From: Macrostomum hystrix
Taxonomy: Eukaryota; Animalia; Platyhelminthes
DNA: 64,000 bases
Assembly (NCBI GenBank): GCA_950097015.1
Contig: CATNEN010000031.1
Span: forward strand, 1,612,001 to 1,676,000
Direction of reading: 5' to 3'
In this document: positions 31,001-43,456 of the stretch, piece after piece
Layout: the number at the start of each line of letters is the position of its first letter
Numbering within the stretch: position 1 is the stretch's first letter
Translations under genes and position numbers: made by a program
The notes under the pieces: model-generated
Seen by the model: the letters and a program-made list of their open reading frames with translations, nothing else
The model's database searches: none
Told to the model about the DNA's origin: nothing

Positions 31001-33850
31001 AAGGAAGTCCTAGAAACTCAAGGAAGTTCTAGAAACTCAAGGAAGTTCTAGAAACTCAAGGAAGTTCTAGAAACTCAAGGAAGTCCTAGAAACTCAAGGA
31101 AGTCCTAGAAACTCAAGGAAGTCCTAGAAACTCAAGGAAGTTCTAGAAACTCAAGGAAGTTCTAGAAACTCAAGGAAGTTCTAGAAACTCAAGGAAGTTC
31201 TAGAAACTCAAGTAAGTCCTAGAAACTCAAGGAAGTCCTAGAAACTCAAGGAAGTTCTAGAAACACGAGGATGTTCTAAAAACTTGAGGATGTCCTAGAA
31301 ACTCGAGGATGTTCTAGAAACACAAGGAAGTTCTAAAAACTCGAGGATGTTCTAGAAACTCAAGGATGTTCTAGAAACACGAGGAAGTTCTAAAAACTCG
31401 AGGAAGTCCTAACTACTCGAGGATGTTCTAGAAACACGAGGAAGTTCTAGAAACTCGAGGATGTTCTAGAAACACGAGGAAGTCCTAGAAACTCGAGGAT
31501 GTTCTAGAAACTCAAGGAAGTTCTAAAAACTCAAGGAAGTTCTAAAAACTCGAGGAAGTTCTAGAAACTCAAGGAAGTTCTAAAAACTCAAGGAAGTTCT
31601 AAAAACTCAAGGAAGTTCTAGAAACTCAAGGAAGTCCTAGAAACTCAAGGAAGTTCTAGAAACTCGAGGATGTTCTAGAAACACGAGGAAGTCCTAGAAA
31701 CTCAAGGAAGTCCTAGAAACTCAAGGAAGTTCTAAAAACTCGAGGAAGTTCTAAAAACTCAAGGAAGTTTTAGAAACACAAGGATGTTGTAGAAACACGA
31801 GGAAGTTCTAGAAACTCAAGGAAGTCCTAGAAACTCAAGGAAGTTCTAAAAACTCGAGGAAGTTCTAAAAACTCAAGGAAGTTTTAGAAACACAAGGAAG
31901 TTCTAAAAACTCAAGGAAGTTCTAAAAACTCGAGGAAGTTCTAGAAACTCAAGGAAGTTCTAAAAACTCAAGGAAGTTCTAAAAACTCAAGGAAGTTCTA
32001 GAAACTCAAGGAAGTCCTAGAAACTCAAGGAAGTTCTAGAAACTCGAGGATGTTCTAGAAACACGAGGAAGTTCTAGAAACTCGAGGATGTTCTAGAAAC
32101 ACGAGGAAGTCCTAGAAACTCAAGGAAGTCCTAGAAACTCAAGGAAGTTCTAAAAACTCGAGGATGTTCTAAAAACTTGAGGATGTCCTAGAAACTCGAG
32201 GATGTTCTAGAAACACGAGGAAGTTCTAGAAACTCGAGGATGTTCTAGAAACACGAGGAAGTTATAAAAACTCGAGGATGTTCTAGAAACTCGAGGATGT
32301 TCTAGAAACTCAAGGAATTTCAAGAAAACCTGTTCTTGAAACTTAGGGGTGGTACTGGATTCTTCGGAAAATTTTAATACATGTCAACCAATTTTATAAG
32401 CCAGTCGTTGACAGTTAAGCTTGGCGTCAAATAATCTATATTCACTATTTGCCTAACTGAAACTGCAAATCTCTACCTTATCAATCTCATTCTTAACCTT
32501 CCATTATCCTACAATAGTTTTTCGAGCGTATCAGAAACTAGCACATTAACTGCAGGTTCTAAACCAATGGCCCAAATTATGGCATACACGACTAAAGCCT
32601 ATAGAGACTGAAATCTCTTGTTTATATGCTGGTTAACTGATAGCCATTTCCTGCAGAGTAAGCGCACAAATTAATAAAACTCTGAGAAAATATTGCTAAC
32701 AGAAAGACAGACGCGTGAAAACAGATAATTTTTTCGACAAGGGGCGAACCTGTACTGTCCAAGACGTGACTGACAGTGCTTAGACCACCAACTCGTTAGT
32801 TTCATAAATTTTGGCTAAAGTGTTGTCCGTAAGAATTAATATTATGTCCATTAACATTAGTTTTAACACCATTGAATGTGGCGTCTCATGATACTAATTT
32901 ATATGAAAAATAAGCTTTTATTTTTTCGTATACTTTTGGTACTCGAAGCAACTAAAATTTCCTAATCCTGAGAAATTGTCGATTCAATTAACTCATTCCT
33001 TCACTGATTGGTATAGACACAACATCATATTGACCTTGACTAAACCGCATAGACACACCATCCTACAGATGATCGACCTTGACTAAACCGCATAGACACA
33101 CCATCCTACAAATGATTGACCTTGACTAAACCGCATAGACACACCATCCTACAGATGATTGACCTTGACTAAACCGCATAGACACACCATCCTACAGATG
33201 ATTGACCTTGACTAAACCGCATAGACACACCATCCGATCCTACAGATGATCGACCTTGACTAAACCGCATAGACACACCATCCTACAAATGATTGACCTT
33301 GACTAAACCGCATAGACACACCATCCTACAGATGATTGACCTTGACTAAACCGCATAGACACACCATCCTACAGATGATTGACCTTGACTAAACCGCATA
33401 GACACACCATCCTACAGATGATTGACCTTGACTAAACCGCATAGACACACCATCCGATCCTACAGATGATTGACCTTGACTAAACCGCATAGACACACCA
33501 TCCTACAGATGATTGACCTTGACTAAACCGCATAGACACACCATCCTACAGCTAGATGATTATTGACCTTGACTCAACCTGACACAGGTGAGCTGGACGC
33601 ACTATTGCACAGTCAAAGTGCATCCCATGCCACACTGCAGAGTAAATTCTACCTGAGCTCACCGGATTTCTACTCCGACAGCCCCACGAGCTGCCAGCCG
33701 CGCTGCAGTCCTCGCAGCCGGGTCTTTGCAGCACATTGCTGGCTGCCGCTGCCATGGCTGCCGCCGCAGTCATTGGCGGCTTCGGCTGCCAGCTCAGGCT
33801 CCGCCTAACAGCAGAGCCGCATCGCTCCCTAGTGATGATCAGCTGCTCAG

Positions 33851-33893
<43 letters not shown>

Positions 33894-34001
33894 TTTCTCG
33901 TGTTCGGCACCGCTGCGAGAATTCGCGCAAGAAGTGGACACCGAGCTTGACCGACTGCTCAGGAACACATAGTCCGAGTCCTCAGCAATGGGACTGTCCA
34001 T
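19026..34001 (-). CDS. MAST: MAST-family Ser/Thr kinase (N-terminal MAST region, AGC kinase, AGC C-tail, PDZ), about 1297 aa
   Basis: Phase-consistent exons 33653-34001, 28373-28449, 26728-26941, 22013-22998, 20753-21556, 19026-20489. MAST-type motifs [42 protein letters not shown]; kinase [25 protein letters not shown]; [19 protein letters not shown]. The first exon is less certain than the rest. Confidence 0.92.
23241..23870. promoter_or_regulatory. Putative bidirectional promoter and 5' exon region (MICU on +; candidate short MAST first exon on -)
   Basis: GC-rich island inside a MAST intron; MICU 5'UTR donor AAG|gtaaga at 23874; on -, ATGTGCTTCTACT|gtgagt (23228-23240) is phase-compatible with MAST exon 22998. 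Inference from geometry only. Confidence 0.4.
24058..25341 (+). CDS. MICU3: Mitochondrial calcium uptake protein MICU2/MICU3-like (EF-hand MCU gatekeeper), 427 aa, single coding exon
   Basis: Presequence-like N-terminus; [21 protein letters not shown]; [15 protein letters not shown]; EF-hand [13 protein letters not shown]; C-terminal helix FKRCVSQ with Cys. A 5'UTR intron lies at 23874-24049. MICU2 versus MICU3 not resolvable by eye. Confidence 0.9.
   Translation: MRHLLLRLARPSTYGVGAVLAAAAAAVTTLDSSENKPSASQGSGMRLLPADAINSSSSAASAAVAWAQSETALSASSGASQKPLPATGRNYRERRFLDFASVEYDGVPYMTPQDFLESVTQDRPRYRKRRRVYSETELAKILYKTPSRWWASNKLFRSMGDEGIISYSEYLFLLCILAKPKTGFEMAFKMIDLARNQRVDKTEFIILNKMMSHQAGELQAIDYTEVSPLQDTTLMLHFFGRSGTDKLDFREFSKFMSNLQCEVLEIEFTEFSKGLQTISETEFAQVLLRYTNLTQEAQEEQLQRVRDRLVREEGIRFDDFRLFFQFLNNLDDFSTALKMYSLAGHAINQEEFQRAVKACVGYTLAPHVVSTVFLLFDNDDDGSLSFHEFICILRDRLRGLSSRPISADTQVEKFKRCVSQRLKDCDQ
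26287..26550 (+). mobile_element. tRNA-derived SINE family 2
   Basis: A box TAGCCTAGTGATTAG, B box GGTTCGATTCC, central aaggcacttaactc...taaatgggtacc segment (recalls CORE-type SINE domains; from memory), AT-rich tail; homologous to 14880-15050. Confidence 0.75.
27999..28303. mobile_element. About 305-bp MITE with long TIRs and 10-bp TSD (Mutator-like)
   Basis: ggagtagaaggacgggaaacta.gtttcttagaaa...gaaggctggttt.cgcga at the left end is the reverse complement of the right end; ACTCGTACTC is duplicated at 27989-27998 and 28304-28313. Confidence 0.8.
29240..30080. repeat. G-rich minisatellite, 18-19-bp unit GGGTGACTGATGGGGTGTT (MAST intron)
   Basis: About 45 copies. Confidence 0.95.
30835..32318. 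repeat. Minisatellite, 19-bp unit AGGAAGTTCTAGAAACTCA (MAST intron)
   Basis: About 78 copies with variant blocks. Confidence 0.95.
33030..33550. repeat. Minisatellite, 43-bp unit GATTGACCTTGACTAAACCGCATAGACACACCATCCTACAGAT (MAST intron)
   Basis: About 12 copies. Confidence 0.95.
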
Positions 34002-35149
34002 TCTCCGTGTGGCAGGAGCTAATTCTAACTTAGCCGGATCGCTCCATATTTGCTACGAGTTTCATATTACAGGTGTGCGTAGTAAACCTAAATGAAAATT
34101 TAGACAAAAAAATAATAATTTCTGCAGGTGCTCTGAATTTTTTTCTAGATTTTAAACGGCTGCTTCCAGAGAAGAGGCAGAGAGGGGGTGGGGCGCAAGC
34201 AGGCCGCACAAAACCTAAACAGGTTCTGTTAGCTTATTAGCCGGTCAGCGGTTGGTTAGTCAGTCCAGTGTATATATATAGCGCAGGCCTCAATTAATTT
34301 CTACTTATGCTTCGCATTAAGAGAGATTTTGCGTCGGTGCTTGAGGGGTCCGTGTTTATTATAGAATTTTGCGTTCTGATTGTGCGTGACACACAAGATC
34401 CACCCACCCCACTGCTGTGTGTGCTTTATTTTCATATCCACTCCAAGCAGGTTTAGTAAAGGTAGTGTGCCAGCCAGACACAATATGTGCACTCTCTATG
34501 CCCGACTCTCTTTTTTTTCTCGTCTCTGTAGATTTGGGTACAGAAAAGAAGCGTTTGCTGGAAAAGCATTTCAGATACAAAATAGCCAGCCAACGCGAAC
34601 GCCCCCCTCCAACAAAAAAACTGAAAGAACCTCAACATTGAGCTGAGGGCTTCTCGAGAGCAAGCATTCACTAAGCTCCAGTGTATAGCCTTCTCTTATG
34701 CGAGAACAAATGACTCTTGGGGGGTGGAGAGAAAAATCATGACGAGAAAAAATATAACGATAAGAATCCGCAAAAAAAGTTGTACAGACTAGAATTGACG
34801 TCCTCGTCTGACTGTTTCAAATCCGCAACAAATGACTGCTTTGGGGGTTTTCCATTTGACAGTCATTCAGTATGAATTGAAAGTCACATGGCTGAGTATA
34901 AACAGTGCCGCATGACTCTGTACAAGTTCTGCGTCACGTGACTGCGAACTGTGTGTCATGATACCGTGTGTTTCGTGCTATGTGACTCAGTACTTTCCAT
35001 GTCACGTGACATCGAGCATTCTACGGGTATGTAATGTGTACTGTATCATTATGTAAACATGAGGCATGAGCAGTATAAATTATGTGGCGTGTAATTTACT
35101 GTCCTTTCCGTGTCGAGTAACAGCGTACCTTCTGTGCATTCTCTAAAAT

Positions 35150-35318
35150 TCCGTGTCAAGTGCCTTGATGTACATTCTGTGTCACGTGCCTTGATGTACA
35201 TTCTGTGTCACGTGCCTTGATGTACATTCTGTGTCACGTGCCTTGATGTACATTCTGTGTCACGTGCCTTAATGTACATTCTGTGTCACGTGCTATGATG
35301 TACATTGTGTGTCAAGTG
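35150..35318. repeat. Minisatellite, 26-bp unit TGTGTCACGTGCCTTGATGTACATTC
   Basis: About 6 copies with degenerate flanks. Confidence 0.9.
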
Positions 35319-37643
35319 ACTTTGTACGCTTCTACGAGAGGGTATTCCGCGTCATGTTACGCCAAGCGACTCCTAATTCGATACCACGTGACTTTTGAGT
35401 GTTTAATTATTGAACGCAATATGCGGCGAGATTAGCGTCATGGAAAATCCATAGCACTGCAGTCCATACCATATCCATACCATAGAACTTAACTGTTCGT
35501 TAAGTTCGTTTTATAGAAAATGTTTTTTTCATAAACAGTGCCAGCGGAAAAAAGCTAGCAGAAAACAAGCAGCAGTAAAAGTACATTCCCCGGACGGCAG
35601 ACTCCGTGCGCAATAAAGTGCGACATTTCCAGCCAGCTTTGTTTTGACCAGCCACCAGCCCGTATATTCAATCATTTCGACGCCGAAATACCAGCTTTCT
35701 ACTGTCCTGTCCCGTCCCGCCCAGAAAAATAAGGAGCAGATACAGCGCATGGCAGGAATGAATTCTGGCTTCCCTCCAGATCCTAGAGGTGAGGCGTGTA
35801 CTCATACTCGTAAATCACCTGGTCTAGTGGTCTCGTGCCAGCGTGTGCGGAATAAAAGGTGCATATAGCCCTCTAAAAGCAGACATTGCAATGTTATAAC
35901 AAATTCAGAAATTTCACCTTGCTACACATTCAGTTTTTTTTGTTTTTCATGCAATTTTTAGAGGCGCAGATGACTGTTGCGATTTTCCTAGAAACGAACA
36001 GCTGCGCTTTTGCAGCGGGCTGCTGATTTCAGGCGAAGGAAAAACGTTTATAAATTTATTTCAGATAAGACTGAGAAACTTTCGAAAAAAATCCAATACA
36101 AGACCACCCAATATACACTTGTAATTTAAACAATTGTAGATTTCATCTTAGATTGTATCGGCTTTTTAATTATACTTCATAAACCCTTAATTCGTAGAAA
36201 AAAAAGAGAAAAAAACACGGTCGATTTCAAGTTTATTAAGCCCGCAATTTGTTAGAAAATGAAGAGTAGAGTATTCTTGGTTTAAAAATGTTTAGATTTT
36301 GACTTTTTCTAAGAACGAATACTAACTTTTGATACAAAATATAAATTTATGTAGTCCTGATAAAAAATGGCATCTCAAAATTGATTATTAGCTCACGGTT
36401 TCATCGAAACTACAGGAAAAACTCTCGATAAGCATGTCTGATCAACAGTAGTAATACCACTTGAGGGAGAATCCCCTGACTATTTTTTGTGCTGCATCCG
36501 AACGGAACAACGCAAGCACACGAAACTCAAGAACACGGGCTAACTTTTTGTTGCGCATCTTCTGAAATAAGAACCAAGTCACCAGCTATTCAGACCGTCT
36601 AGATATTCAATAATTCTGGCTAAAGGTCAGATTTTTCCCAATACATCCCTATGCACGATTTTGCACTTCGGCTCAGTGCGGACTTTCCAGCCCTTCAAAA
36701 TTTATCAGCATGTCAACCGAATGTACCTGCATCATCTCTGCCTTCGGCGGTCACCTACCTTTATCTAGACGGACTGCTGGACCTTCAAGGGCTACAACAG
36801 GTGGAACTAGGCCACTATATGGACACCCTGACACGAATTTCTCCGATTTCATTGATTAAGTCTAAATACTAGGCGCAGCTCAACCATGCAGTACACCAAG
36901 TCTGTCAACTAATCAGTCACCACCCAACGCTGTTAGCATTCAGGCGCTGCCAAAAAAATTCAGAAGGGACTTTCCCCAAAAATGGTTTGGTTGTCCTATT
37001 GTTAACCAGCTCTTGATTTCCAAGAATGAAGAACGTGTAGATTTAAGATGTATCAGCTGAAAAATTCCTAAAAATCATTCAAGAACCTATCGATTAAACC
37101 GAATATGAAATTCGATTCAATCGATTATCCAACAGGAAATGTTTATATTTCTAAGAAACTGCTCAAATTCGCAAATTTAGGACTCACGAGGTGTTGATTT
37201 CCTGACTAGCATTGATCAGCGCAATTATCTTGTGCCTTAATGTCATTCAAATTTATAATCTTCTATATTTCCTTGGCCCTCCGCTGCGGTGCCTATAACA
37301 ATACAGTACTTTTTATAGTACTTTTTCAACTTTTTATTGTTTGTGGAGGTTTCGATTATATCGACATGTGACCCGACTTCGATCCACAGACTGTCTCGAG
37401 TGGGATAATAATTAGGCTTCGTCACACTTGGCCGAGAGGGCCAGACGGACCCATGCGGAGCCTTATTCTGCAATTGAATTAACGGCTGTTCCACCGCTAA
37501 TTTATGGTTTCATAAAAATTCCATGCACCACACCAGTCATGGTCATAATTTCATTCCTAATTTTAGAATGTGTTCCAGTCAGCCGATTCAACCTGCAAAA
37601 ATATACTTCGGTCTCGCCTGTATGACCGTCACACCTCATTCTC

Positions 37644-37830
37644 GTACTGTGGTACGGTCGTACTGTGGTACGGTCGTACTGTGGTACTGTCGTACTGTGG
37701 TACGGTCGTACTGTGGTACGGTCGTACTGTGGTACGGTCGTACTGTGGTACGGTCGTACTGTGGTACGGTCGTACTGGGGTCCTGTTGTCGTACTGTCCT
37801 ACTGTAGTGCTTGCTGTCTTACTGTCGTAC
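37644..37830. repeat. Minisatellite, 16-bp unit GTACTGTGGTACGGTC
   Basis: About 8 good copies plus degenerate ones. Confidence 0.9.
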
Positions 37831-37963
37831 CGTAAGTAAGGTCCTACTACCATGCCTCACCAGCCAAATCGCATAACGAAATAAACAAAGCGCTAACGGA
37901 ATCCCAAGCACCATCGCTAGAAAAAATGACTTAGCCAGCATTGCCAGTTTAGCAGTCACTTAC

Positions 37964-38164
37964 CACCGTGCAGCTCCGTGCCCTCGGTAGATCAGCCATC
38001 AGCGGCAGCCTGCAGTTGGCGCGCAGCGTCACGACTCCGCCAGCTGACAGAGGCTCGGAGAGGCAGCCGCTGGTGATGGACCGGATTCGGTGGCAGCGCT
38101 GCTGCCTGCTGACTGGGCTCAGTCTCTGAGCTGCCGCTGATGCTGGTTGTCTCAGTGAATTCAT
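37964..38164 (-). CDS. Candidate further-upstream/alternative first exon of MAST
   Basis: GC-rich ATG-initiated 201-nt ORF segment ending in a strong phase-0 donor (GTG|gtaagt). An in-frame phase-0 acceptor exists at 34052, upstream of the 34001 exon. The linkage is inferred only. Confidence 0.4.
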
Positions 38165-40384
38165 GATGCTTCGATAATTGCGCTTCTCGGACGTCGGAAG
38201 AAGACGCTAGTCTTAAATTGAGTTCGTGCTCAAAGTAAACAGAAATTGACTGATTGCATTCGCAACTCTATTTAATGAAGATAGACAACATATTGATTGA
38301 CGTCTGAGAGAAATGAAGGGGAAAATTTATTCCCCTGCAAGCCGTCCTCAGCCAATGGGAGGAGGCGATGAAATGAGGGGACTTTGTCGGAATTGGTTTG
38401 CAGGGCTCAACTGACGGATTATCTCTACACTCCGGGCAGCGTGCGTTGTTTACAACGAAGTCACGCGAGCCGATCGTCATAGTCGGGTCCGGAAGCCTAA
38501 TAGGGGATAAATTAGTGCCGTCTGTCACCTGCTCGTGTTCGAGGAAATTAAATTTCGACATCTCTTTTGAGTATAGTAGAAATGGTCTTCGTCTGAACTG
38601 CTGGAGGAACTGCGATTTGATTTAAATTGAACATGAGAAAACTGGGATCGGATCTTTAAGCTGTCAACAGAGGATTGCATATAAAATATTCATTTGTACT
38701 TATTTGACCAATCTAAGTCTCGCTCACTCGCTCACAAAACTCATCAGACCCATTATAGTCTGTCACCCGCGGGCCGGAATTCCCGGGCTGTGGCGTCTCC
38801 AGTCAGGAGATTAAGCAAATCCTTCCCGGGGAATTAACAAGATGAGTGTGCTCGGATTTCCTGTCGTATATCAAGGCACTAAGGAGCTCGTTGCTGCCTT
38901 GGTCGCCGGTAATCCTGTTATGGGACTATGGCATAAATAAATATAGGACCCGATCCTAAATTTTTTCAGAGAAAGAGAGAGAGAGACGCAAGGTGTCTGA
39001 GATGTCACCGGGATGGGATATTTTTTACGGTGATTGAGAGTGACAAGACTGTTTAATTAAGAGTGAAAAGACTGTGAGATTAGGAATGACAAGACTGTTG
39101 ATTGAGAGTGACAAGACTGGTTGATTGAGAGTCAAATGATTTTAGGAATGGTGTGTAAATTATTATATATAGTCGTGCTTGATTGCGTGTTTGTGCCTTT
39201 TAGAAATTCTAGATCTGTTCCCAATTACTATTTCATATTGTTTTTTTCTACGAGTAATTGGGCTTTCAGTCTCACAAACAAGGCTAGAAATAGAATCCAC
39301 TCAGGAGAATGTCACGGAAACGAGTTTCATATACGCCTCTGTGCAATTTTTTCTTTAATTTCATCTTACCTGAATATAAAGAAACCATTTAGATAGATTG
39401 GTGACAGTAATCATTTTAACAATCATTCCAATTATGGGCTCGTGTGGTTTTAATGATTGATTGTTAAGTATATCGATGCAGACAGACACTGATAAGGATT
39501 TTATATAATTTAAAGCGACGGGATTAGTATAAACAACTAGCAATTTTTGCCCTCCCCTCCGATGTCAAATTGCGACTTCAATTAGTCAACTATTGAGCTA
39601 ATAAAATGGTTTTCTGAAACAAACATATACGAGAGACGAAATAAATAAATAAAGGAATGAACAAAATAAATTAACCTAGCTCGTACTTGGCTGCTGAACG
39701 AGCATGTGTTTAAAAAGCAAACGATAAGATGTTAGGGAGAGCACATAGAACTGCATTGGTATCCAAGTATTTTGTATTGATTGAGAAGCACATGAGATCG
39801 GGTTGCTTAATGGTGAAATAATTTCTCGAGTCGTTAATATTATAGCTTAGTACACAGGCGGTTGTGTACTGCCTTTCCGAAGAGGCTTAAACTTAAAATA
39901 TTTGTTTATCTGGAATGGGTGAGTTAATTATCTGATAGTGTTTAGCTCCGACATACTACTATAAGTAATATTTTAATAATTGCTTTCACTGGACAGGTGA
40001 ACATTTCCAAGTAGCTTTTTAACACAGGGATTAGGATTGTGTTTCACAGTGCATTGCGGGATGAGATAGAAAGATATATAGAAATGATAGCTAGACCCGT
40101 TTGGTCAGATGTAGAGTTAGTGGCAAAGCCGCTGCAATTACTGCTTAAACGCTGCATACAGCTGCTCAGTCCATGGACTGGAAGAAACTCCAACTGAATT
40201 TCTTTCAATTCCTTATCGCGTTCAAGAACACAATATTTTTTCCTCTTGCATTGAGATTCGAACTCCAGACCTAAGCGGTTAGAAATACAAAGCTCTAAAC
40301 AATGGGTTATAATTTTAGAGTTTGCGTGAAATTTTAACTTTCTCAAGCAATACAAGGCCTCTAATTCTTTTTTGAAGGGCACTG

Positions 40385-40619
40385 GAGCCTTTTCATATTG
40401 CCGATTCCAAAACCAGAATCAGTTCTGAAATTCCAGGAAGTTAAGCAATTACTTTACAGTGCCTTCAAACGAACAAAACACGAACAACTAAGCAGATAAG
40501 GAGATTTCAATTGCGTAAAAAATTACGGAAAAAAACTGAAGTTAAGTAAAAAACGAAAAAAATGTTCCTGGAATTTCAGAAACGATTCTGGTTCTGGAAT
40601 CGGCATTATGAAAAGGCTC
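40385..40619. mobile_element. MITE-like element with about 55-bp TIRs
   Basis: gagccttttcatattgccgattcca.aaccagaatc..ttctgaaattccaggaa is mirrored at 40565-40619; no convincing TSD. Confidence 0.6.
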
Positions 40620-40777
40620 AAGGAGTTTTAGATTCCCGATATTCAGGCGCAATTTGAAAACAAAAAAACACTTTTGAATCGCTTTCATTCGTTTGAGAAA
40701 TTAAACTTATTGGTTTATTTTGCAATTTAGCAAAAATGATAGGTTGCCTCGTGCAAGCAATTTTAGGTAGGTCATTG

Positions 40778-41485
40778 TCAGGCGCCGCTATGCAGCTGAA
40801 AATGCGACACCTCCCGCACGGTAGCGCCGCCCTCCTGCACGCACTCGCACGCGCAGCCCACCTCCACCGCCCTCTCCGCAGTCCGCAACTGCTGGCCGGC
40901 CCATCTCCGTCGGCAGCGGCAGTCGCAGGTCTCACTGTCGGAGCCTCGGCACTGGCACAGCGGACAGCCGTCGCCAGACTCCAGTCTATATCCGAACTTC
41001 GGACAGGCGAGACCGCAGCCGCCAAGCCAGTAGCAGCTGCCGGGAACCCGACGCTCTGCTGGTGTCGTTGGTCGCACTCGGAGCGTATCGGGTGCTGCCG
41101 GAGCAGTCGAATGTCTTTGAGTCTGGCTAGCGATCAGGGCGCTGCGCAGATCATTGGCCAGCTGGCTCAGGTTGAGCACGTCTGGCAGTTCGCTGCCCGA
41201 TGGCGCCACTGGTGTCGGCGTTGACACTTTAGTTTCCTGAGCATTGCTGCTAGCATCGTCGGCACTGGCGCACATGCAATCGGGACAGTTAGCAGTGGCT
41301 GCAGATTGTGAGGCAACCAGCACAGCTGACCTGTCCGAGCCGCAGGCCTCCTTGCAGTTTGATAGATGCCAATGACAGGCGACTTTTGCAGGAGTCGTTG
41401 CTGACGATGGAGTCGGAGTGCAGTGGAGCAGCTGTGGCAGGGACAGCAACAACAGCAAGCTGTCTTTGAGTACTGCAAATTTCAT
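40778..41485 (-). CDS. Secreted Cys-rich protein with antistasin-like motif(s), single exon
   Basis: Signal-peptide-like MKFAVLKDSLLLLLSLPQLLHC; CGLACPKFGYRLESGDGCPLCQC fits the antistasin-type C-x3-C-x2/3-G[FY]...GC-x2-C-x-C spacing; further Cys clusters; GC-rich coding-like composition. Confidence 0.7.
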   Translation of the reverse strand: MKFAVLKDSLLLLLSLPQLLHCTPTPSSATTPAKVACHWHLSNCKEACGSDRSAVLVASQSAATANCPDCMCASADDASSNAQETKVSTPTPVAPSGSELPDVLNLSQLANDLRSALIASQTQRHSTAPAAPDTLRVRPTTPAERRVPGSCYWLGGCGLACPKFGYRLESGDGCPLCQCRGSDSETCDCRCRRRWAGQQLRTAERAVEVGCACECVQEGGATVREVSHFQLHSGA

Positions 41486-42348
41486 CCGAAAGACAAAAAC
41501 CAACAAAAACGTAATGCTTCAATTGTGCAATGATACAAAAATCCGTATTCTTTTTTCGCGCTGAATATGTAGCAAGCGATTAAATTAATTGACATACGCT
41601 CATTGGCTGGCATGCGCTGATTCATATGGTCTGGCTAGCAGTGTTTTGAAGCTGCCATGTACATTGCCTTATTAATGTACATCTAGCCAGATTCTAACCC
41701 AATACTTTTCTACCCCCAAATTAAGTGCGCAGAAAATCTGCAGAATCAGTCGCATCAAATTTTACAATCATTTTTTATTGGTTAGAAATCTAAGCCAATC
41801 AAATTGAAAGTTAAAAAATGAGTTATTGATCACACCTTCCTCCTGTGCTATGAGTGCAATGCGTAACTAAACAAAAATATTATATTAGACGGAATACTTA
41901 TAGAAATAAAAATCGGATATTTCCATTTATTTAGTCGAGCTGTTACTCCTTCACCTCAGGACAATGTCAGAACACAATAATATTAACAAATGGATTATCA
42001 AATAGTTCAGTAAACAAAAGTTATACTACACACTCGAATTAATTGGATAAAAACTGAGATACATAAAAAAGAGACTCACAGCTGCTTGGTGTTAATATAG
42101 GTTGGTGCTAAATCCATAAACAGTAAAAATTCTAATCCGATCGAAATTTATCTTTTGGTTTAAATAATGGATTATTAGAGTGGTTCGCAATTCGATAATA
42201 AACTTTTAGACATATTGCAATATGCGTGAGAAATTTTACTTATAAGAAGGCATTAAAAGCAACACCTTCTAAATCAGAAACAAGATCCAACGGATCAAAT
42301 AGAGTCTTGACGTTGTGCGGTCACGAATGGGCTGGTTGAGGAGACATG

Positions 42349-43456
42349 TCAGCCCATGACCAGTGCCAAGATGCCCATCACACCAGCCGCGATGCCTGAA
42401 CAGCCAGACAGGAAGCCCTTGGTGCTGTTGTAGTGATCTCGCTTGGCAAAGATCTGCACCAGAACTAGGATTCCTGTGCGCGTGATGGATGGGAGCATTG
42501 TGGTAGGTAAACTGAAGGTGTCGATATGTTCACAGAAGATTCTGGCCCTTCAATCATCGCCAGGGCTAAGAAGATTCAGGTCCTTCAATTAAAATCAGGG
42601 CTAAGAAGACTAATGCCCTTCAATAACCCTCAGGGCTAAGAAGATTAAGGCCCTTCAATGGCACTCAGGGCTAAGAAGATTAAGGCCCTTCAATGGCACT
42701 CAGGGCTAAGAAGATTAAGGCCCTTCAATGGCACTCAGGGCTAAGAAGATTAAGGCCCTTCAATGGCACTCAGGGCTAAGAAGATTCAGGCCCTTCAATG
42801 GCACTCAGGGCTAAGAAGATTAAGGCCCTTCAATGGCACTCAGGGCTAAGAAGATTAAGGCCCTTCAATGGCACTCAGGGCTAAGAAGATTAAGGCCCTT
42901 CAATGGCACTCAGGGCTAAGAAGATTCAGGCCCTTCAATGGCACTCAGGGCTAAGAAGATTAAGGCCCTTCAATGGCACTCAGGGCTAAGAAGATTCAGG
43001 CCATTCAATGACACTCAGGGCAAGTTTTCGCCTATTCATTTCCTGTTATGTTTCCTGCAGGAATTTCGAGACTTTTTGGCCAGCAACAAACTGCAGTGCC
43101 GGATCAGATCAAAGGCAAAATTAGTCACATGATCAGGGTTAGGCCACCCGAATTAGTATCCCAGCTAATGCTGGCACTCATTTTAGTTATGCATGTAAGT
43201 TTTTTCTATTCTCACCAGCCAGAATGGAGACCACAACGAACACAATCAAGACAATCTTGTTATTAGCCTCGTCAACAAAGATATAGGCTGTGATGAGCAC
43301 AATGGCTGCAACGTAGAAGAAAAAGCCGAGCACGGCTGTGGCCTGGCCGCCGGCGCCGCCCCAGCCCAGCGAGGTGAACAGCAGCAGGCTGAAGCCGATG
43401 ACGGTGAAGAAGAAGGCCAGTTTCAGCCATTTGTTCTGGCTATCTAGATCTCCCAT
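42349..43456 (-). CDS. Small four-transmembrane protein, 121 aa (MARVEL/claudin-like topology, family unassigned)
   Basis: Exon 43216-43456 (GCT G|gtgaga) and exon 42349-42473 (cacag|GA ATC) are phase 1 consistent. Exon 2 reads ILVLVQIFAKRDHYNSTKGFLSGCSGIAAGVMGILALVMG*. Four hydrophobic segments with very short loops. Confidence 0.8.
42545..43020. repeat. Minisatellite, 35-bp unit CAGGGCTAAGAAGATTAAGGCCCTTCAATGGCACT (intron of 4-TM gene)
   Basis: About 13 copies. Confidence 0.95.
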
